A DNA stretch of 64,000 bases from Scyliorhinus canicula. Taxonomy: Eukaryota. The stretch's first letter is position 1. The number at the start of each line of letters is the position of its first letter. The DNA is taken from the NCBI RefSeq assembly GCF_902713615.1, contig NW_024055427.1:248001-312000 (forward strand), given 5' to 3'. Both the position numbers and the translations under genes were made by a program. This document shows, in pieces, positions 58,250 through 64,000 of this stretch. The notes beneath the pieces were generated by a model. It did not search any database. It worked only from the letters and a program-made list of their open reading frames with translations, and had not been told where the DNA came from.

Positions 58250-58830
58250 CATATTGTGGCGTCATAATGTAACCTTCCTGAATCAGCCAATAGGAAACAC
58301 CCTGTTCCGCGGTGACGTCTGCGGCTTGCAGAGCGCAGGCCCGGTACTCGGAGATAGGAGCCCCGCCCCTCTGAGACAGTGGCCTCGCCCCTCGGAGCCA
58401 GGAGCCCCGTCCCCCGCAGACAGCAGCCCCGCCCCCCCCGCAGACAGCGGGGGCCGCCCCATAGTTGCCCCGCCCCCTGCACCTCTTCGCGGGGACTTCC
58501 ATGCGCAGGGCGCAGCTGTGACGAGCATGCGCAGTGCTGATGCTGGAACTGGACAGAGTGGATGGGAGATGATCGTCAGCGCTTTGGATAATGCCGCCGC
58601 TGAGTAAGTGGGAGGAATGAAGTCTGCAGAATAACCTGAGAGAATTCATAACCACTCCGTGGAAGATTCAAAACCAGAATAAACAGTTAGTAGACCCGTG
58701 CTTGCGGCTGAGCGACCTTTCCTGCTGATTATCCCAGGCAACAGCTGCCATTGTCTGGGGGCCATCAGAAAGGCGCATGCGCATTCGCCATCTTCCTATT
58801 GAACAATGTACATGAGGGCGCATGCGCCAC
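58250..58830 (+). promoter_or_regulatory. CpG promoter/exon 1 of Z4
   Basis: CCAAT, TGACGTC, GC-box repeats, several GCGCATGCGC, GCCATCTT; donor GA|GTAAGT at 58604. Confidence 0.68.
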
Positions 58831-59937
58831 CATTAAGGCTCAGAAATCAGAAAGAGAGAAATTTGTGAATTGATTCCTGGACATATTTTAAATTTGTTGA
58901 TGGCATGTGGAAGTCGCAGTCTGTGCCAGCATTTATTGCCCGTCCCTAATTGCCTTTGGGGGGGGCATTTAAAGGTCAACCATATTGCTGTGGGTCTGGA
59001 GCCACATGTAGGCCAGACAAAGATGGCAGATTTCCTTCCTTAAATGGCATTCGTGTACCAGTTTTTTTTAAGAACAATTATCAGTGGTTTCATGGTCACC
59101 ACTGAGTCTTTTAATTCCAGATTTTTATTAAATTCAAATTTCACCATCTGCAGTGGCAGGATTTGAACCTGGGACCCCCACAGAGCATTGTTGTGGGACT
59201 GGGTCTCTGGTTAATTAGTCCAGTGACAACGCCACCACTGCCATTGACTAACATGGATTCTGGAAACTCCTATACAGGGTGAGAAGGGGAAAAGATGTGC
59301 ACGCAGCAAACTGAAACCAAGAAGAATTTTGGTCTCTTCTGAATGTCTATATGGGACTGACTGAAATTCCTTTTTCAGGGTGTTTTGGAGAACTGAACTC
59401 AGGCAGAGGAGAGAGAGGGAGAAAACTTGGAGTTGAGGAAAGAAATGGAGAAGATAGTGAGATGGGTTTGGATTTCAGCCCAAGGAGGAGGGAGAGTGTG
59501 TGCGATGGGGATTTACTGCTTTGGTGGAACAAGAGAGGAAAAAATATGCCTGAGAAATTTAAATTGTCTGTTTAGAATTTTTATCCTGGACTGACAGTGA
59601 TGACTTTTGTAACACCTTTTACAGGATATTAGAAGGTGAGGAGAATTTGCCATCGGAAATCTCAAACAAAACATCAGATCAACATTCAACAGAATAACTC
59701 TATTCTTCAGGACCTGAATATCATCAGCTTCTGAATGTGGAAAGAAGAAGGTTCTCATTTGGAAAAAGATTTAAAATATCAGTGTGACTGGAAGAACACC
59801 AAGAAACACTAACACCCGAATGTGTGTCCCTGAAAACTGACTGTAGCACTTACACAGCTTGAAAAAATATAACTTAATTGCTCTGGGAAGAAACTGTACA
59901 CTTGTTCTGTGTGGAGAGACACAAGGACACTGGCACC

Positions 59938-60771
59938 ATGGAGAAACTGTGGAAATGTGGGGAGGTATTCACTTTCCCCTCCCAGCTGGTAACTCATCGA
60001 CGCACTCACAGTGGGGACAGACCGTTTACCTGCTCCGTGTGTGGGAAGGGATTCACTCGGTCGTCAAACTTAGCAATACACCAGCGGGTTCATACTGGGG
60101 AGAGGCCATTCACCTGCTCTGTATGTGGGAAGGGATTCGCTCGGTCAACACACTTAGCATTACACAAGCGGGTTCACACTGGGGAGAGGCCATTCACCTG
60201 CTCTGTGTGTGGGAAGGGATTCATTAACTCATCCAACTTAGTGTCACACCAGCGAATTCACACTGGGGAGAAACCATTCAGCTGCATTGACTGTGGAATG
60301 AGCTTTAGGCTTTTATCCACCCTGCAGAAACACCAGCGAGTTCACACTGGGGAGAAACCATTCAGCTGCACTGACTGTGGAAAGAGCTTCAGGCATTCTA
60401 GCAGCTTCATCGTACACCAACGAATTCACAGAGGGGAGCGACCATTCACCTGCTCTTTGTGTGGGAGGGGATTCACTCAGTCATCTAACCTAGCATTACA
60501 CCAGCGGGTTCGCAGTGGGGAGAGGCCGTTCACCTGCTCCGAGTGTGGGAAGGGATTCACTGATTCATGCCAGTTGCTGAGACATGAACAAGTTCACACA
60601 GGGGAAAGGCCATTCACCTGCTCCGAGTGTGGGAAGGGATTCACTGATTCATCCCAACTGCTGAGACATGAACGGGTTCACACTGGGGAGAGGCCGTTCA
60701 CCTGCCCCGAGTGTGGGAAGGGGTTCATTGATTCATCCCAATTGCTGAAACACCAGCGACGTCACAAGTGA
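59938..60771 (+). CDS. C2H2 zinc-finger protein Z4, ~9 fingers plus a broken first finger
   Basis: Acceptor at 59624, ACCATGG start; first finger lacks its second Cys and one finger has a final H>R change. Confidence 0.85.
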   Translation: MEKLWKCGEVFTFPSQLVTHRRTHSGDRPFTCSVCGKGFTRSSNLAIHQRVHTGERPFTCSVCGKGFARSTHLALHKRVHTGERPFTCSVCGKGFINSSNLVSHQRIHTGEKPFSCIDCGMSFRLLSTLQKHQRVHTGEKPFSCTDCGKSFRHSSSFIVHQRIHRGERPFTCSLCGRGFTQSSNLALHQRVRSGERPFTCSECGKGFTDSCQLLRHEQVHTGERPFTCSECGKGFTDSSQLLRHERVHTGERPFTCPECGKGFIDSSQLLKHQRRHK

Positions 60772-61614
60772 CTCAGGGATTGGATTCTGCTGTTATTGCA
60801 GCTGCTACTGACAACCAGGCCCGAATAACATTTGTTCTGACAGATGGGGTTTGTTTCTGCTAATGTTAATCCACTGTTTAACTGAGCTGGAATTAATTAT
60901 TCTGGATCTATAGCTGATTGTGTTCTCAGGGCTGCAGAATTCTGGAAACGCTGTCTGATCTTTCCCCATAATTCAGAAACTCTCATTGGAAATTAGTTCA
61001 CAACAATGTTCTGGACTTTTCCTTCAATCACAAAATGACCTTTGGTACAAAATCTACAATTCAGTGTCTGATTTGTTCCACTGATTAACATTTCCGATTA
61101 GAAAGTGCTGATCAGCCCTTGCTGCCAATTCTCACTGATTTGTACATTACACACAGTGAAGCCTCCGTTATCGCCCAGAAAGGGAATGGGAATTGGTGGA
61201 GAATTGAGAGTTCAGAATGTTATCCTTCCCATCTCCCATCTTGTCCAGAAATCCCCTCAGACCAGGAATGGAGACAAGTTCAATCCAAGTAATAGATTGT
61301 AAGAAATCACAGTTTAATCGACTTATGTAAAATCATCAGAAATTTATGGCATATTCCAGAAATAGCTCTCCCTCTGTATTCTGAAGAAAGCTTCTATGTC
61401 AACTTGCTGACTGACAAACACAGGACAGACCTGTTATCTCAGCCAAGGACAATGTCTTGAGCATAGCCCCTGAAAGAAGACATTTTTAACACTTATACAA
61501 TTGGACATTATGAGCCATTCGCAACCCAACTGTGTGCAACAATTAACAATGGCTCTCAAAAACAAGGAGATTTCAAAGTGATTGGCTTCATCCAAACATC
61601 GAAATCTGGCTCAC

Positions 61615-62172
61615 ACCAGTGAACCGTTCAGAGGAGACGGCAGCCACCAGCCATGGACACCGACACCAGTGAACCGTTCAGAGGCGGCAGCCACCAGCCA
61701 TGGACACCGACACCAGTGAACTGTTCAGAGGCGGCAGCAGCCACCAGCCATGGACACCAACACCAGTGAACCGTTCAGAGGACACTGCAGCCACCAGCCA
61801 TAGACACCGACACCAGTGAACCGTTCAGAGGAGACGGCAGCCACCAGCCATGGACACCAACACCAGTGAACTGTTCAGAGGCGGCAGCAGCCACCAGCCA
61901 TGGACACCAACACCAGTGAACCGTTCAGAGGACACTGCAGCCACCAGCCATAGACACCGACACCAGTGAACCGTTCAGAGGAGACGGCAGCCACCAGCCA
62001 TGGACACCAACACCAGTGAATCGTTCAGAGGACACTGCAGCCTCCCCGAACAGGCGCTGGAATGTGGCGACTGGGGGCTTTTCACAGTAACTTCATTTGA
62101 AGCCTACTTGTGACAGTAAGCGATTTTCATTTCATTTCACACTGCAGCCACCAGCCATGGACACCAACACTC
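61615..62172. repeat. 47-50-bp tandem repeat with a 5'-truncated SINE insertion (~62037-62138)
   Basis: ACCAGTGAACCGTTCAGAGGAGACGGCAGCCACCAGCCATGGACACCGAC repeated about 9 times. Confidence 0.88.
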
Positions 62173-62371
62173 ACTCGGCACCATCCTTCTGTTTGTCCTC
62201 CAGGAGCCAGAAACCATCCTCACCTAAAAAAGTGTTCACTATTTCTGTCCATTTAACTCAAGTTTGTTGCTTCCCAATCAACTGTTTTAAAATCATTCCT
62301 GAGCTCAATCCTCTTTTCGGGCAATGATTCCTCACTCTGGATCTTTCAAGTGGTGTTAAGAGTGGAATCAC

Positions 62372-62420
62372 ATCGCCTCTCGGCCTTTTGGCTAAGGTCA
62401 GCGTGAGATCAGGTGTAATA
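62372..62420 (+). pseudogene. U2 snRNA 5' fragment
   Basis: 27/29 match to U2 nt 1-29 (ATCGCTTCTCGGCCTTTTGGCTAAGATCA), then 13/15 match to U2 nt 24-38. Confidence 0.78.
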
Positions 62421-62427
62421 AGCCCAC

Positions 62428-62810
62428 AAGACATAGGAGCAGAATTAGGCCACTCGGCCCATCGAGTCTGCTCCGCCATTCAATCATGGCTGATATTTTT
62501 CTCATCCCCATTCTCCTGCCTTCTCCCCATAACCCCTGATCCCCTTATTAATCAAGAACCTATCTATCTCTGTCTTAAAGACACTCCGTGATTTGGCCTC
62601 CACAGCCTTCACAGCAATGAGTTCTACAGATTAACCACCCTCTGGCTGAAGAAATTCCTCCTCATCTCTGTTTTAAAGGATCGTCCTTTAGCCTGAGATG
62701 GTGTCCCTCTGCTTCTAGTTTTCCTACAAGTGGAAACATCCTCTCCACATCCTCTCTATCCAGACCTCACAGTTTCATGTAAGTTACAATAAGATCCCCC
62801 CTCATCCTTC
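62428..62810 (-). mobile_element. CR1 3' fragment
   Basis: ACATAGGAGCAGAATTAGGCCACTCGGCCC tail and 3' UTR. Confidence 0.78.
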
Positions 62811-63349
62811 TAGTGCCTGGATCTGGGATGTCTCTCTCGTGGGGACCATGAATTGGATTCAATTTGAATTGGTTTTTGGAGCAGGCAAGGAGCTTGATAA
62901 GGGGTTTGCCCCTGTCCACACTCTGAGATCTGGCTTTGTAACTCTGATAAAGTAATAAAAAGAAAACAATTTATAAAAAGGAGTGGGATCACAGTGGTCG
63001 GGATCATCGACTTGAGAACAACAGCCTGAATTAAATGTAAATGGAGAATTTGAGTCTGGACTCGTGGAGTTTACAAAGCAGATATTTCTGTAGGTGCGTA
63101 GATAGGAAGAGATGAGTGAAAGTAAACATGCCCCCATGAGAGACAGATAAAGGGGAAATTATAATTGAAATAAGGAAATAACAGACACAAAACAAATACT
63201 TTTTATCTGTCATCATCGTAGGAAACAGAAACGTTCTAATTACAAGGGGGAACTAAGGGTTCAGTGCAGGGGGCAACCTTAATACAAGGAAGAGTCAACT
63301 TTAAAAAAATTGGTCAACAATACAAATATGTTAATCAAATGCCAGTAAT

Positions 63350-63582
63350 TTTTTTTTTTTTTTTTTAAATTTAGATTACCCAATTATTTTTTCCAATTAA
63401 GGGGCAATTTAGCGTGTCCAATCCACCTACTCTGCACATTTTTGGGTTGTGGGGGTGAAACCCACGCAGACACGGGGAGAATGTGCAAACTCCACACGGA
63501 CAGTGACCCAGAGCCGGGATCGAACCTGGGACCTCAGCGCCGTGAGGCGGTTGTGCTAACCACTAGGCCACCGTGCTGCCCT
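63350..63582 (-). mobile_element. Young HE1-type SINE
   Basis: Poly-T (tail), intact core, head ending GTGCTGCCC. Confidence 0.88.
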
Positions 63583-63858
63583 TTCAAATGCCAGTAATAA
63601 TGAAAAACCAGTCAGACACATCTTTCAACATCATTTTATAGAATTTTACAGAAAAGTTGTTGATTGAATGATGCTTTCTGACAATTATAATGTGAATAAA
63701 AGTTTAAAAAATGAAAAAGACCATTTAATTCCCACTGAAAATGTGTTTGATTGATGAAGAGTGGAAGCTGCATGAATCCTGACTGAACTGCAGACAGCTT
63801 TGCAGATGCAGGTTACAGATTCCCTTATCCAGTCCGAATGAGGAACCTATAGAAATAG

Positions 63859-64000
63859 TGTCATGTGAGAGTACCTTTAAGAAATGGGTGATAACTACTG
63901 CAGTGATGTCAGAGAGTGGGTGGAGCTAGGCTGTCTGTCTGCTTTTCACTTTTGTTTTTGAGCAGGCTGCAGGGTGTGTTTTAGTTTTGTTTTCAGTGTT
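63859..64000 (+). mobile_element. Start of a probable LTR, cut by the window edge
   Basis: Begins TGTCATGTGAGAGTACCTTTAAGAAATGGG, a start I associate with shark LTRs. Confidence 0.4.

Noticed and set aside
62810-63300. Possible LTR or ERV remnant
   Set aside because: No TG..CA termini, TSD or retroviral motifs could be established

Overview
Vertebrate, repeat-rich genomic DNA, almost certainly from a cartilaginous fish (catshark-like). This is inferred from HE1-type SINEs, CR1 LINEs, Penelope-like fragments and a shark-type TCR V segment. Left to right: (1) a decaying ~2 kb tandem array (0.3-6.65 kb) carrying three damaged tRNA-Val genes and one tRNA-Pro(UGG) with an 18-nt insertion exactly at the canonical 37/38 intron site. 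(2) The array is fused to a 5'-truncated TCR alpha/delta-like V segment that still has a 23-RSS and a downstream CTCF-like motif. (3) A 31-bp satellite that folds back on itself around a 3-nt loop, followed by a Penelope fragment with an intact minimal hammerhead ribozyme. (4) A two-exon GPR139-like orphan GPCR gene whose intron holds a 1011-bp solo LTR nested in a SINE. (5) A TTAGGG-containing G-rich minisatellite and a near full-length CR1. (6) A cluster of four C2H2 zinc-finger genes (20, 16, 11 and ~9 fingers) with no visible effector domain, plus aborted copies. They share one cassette: an NRF1/CCAAT promoter, a conserved acceptor, and in most copies a 5' leader of fossil fingers with shared TGA stops. 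Three promoter modules share a TGGAGGAC-N15/16-GTCCTCCA palindrome. (7) A U2 snRNA 5' fragment near the right end. No database searches were run, so family names rest on motif recognition. Boundaries of repeats and mobile elements are approximate.
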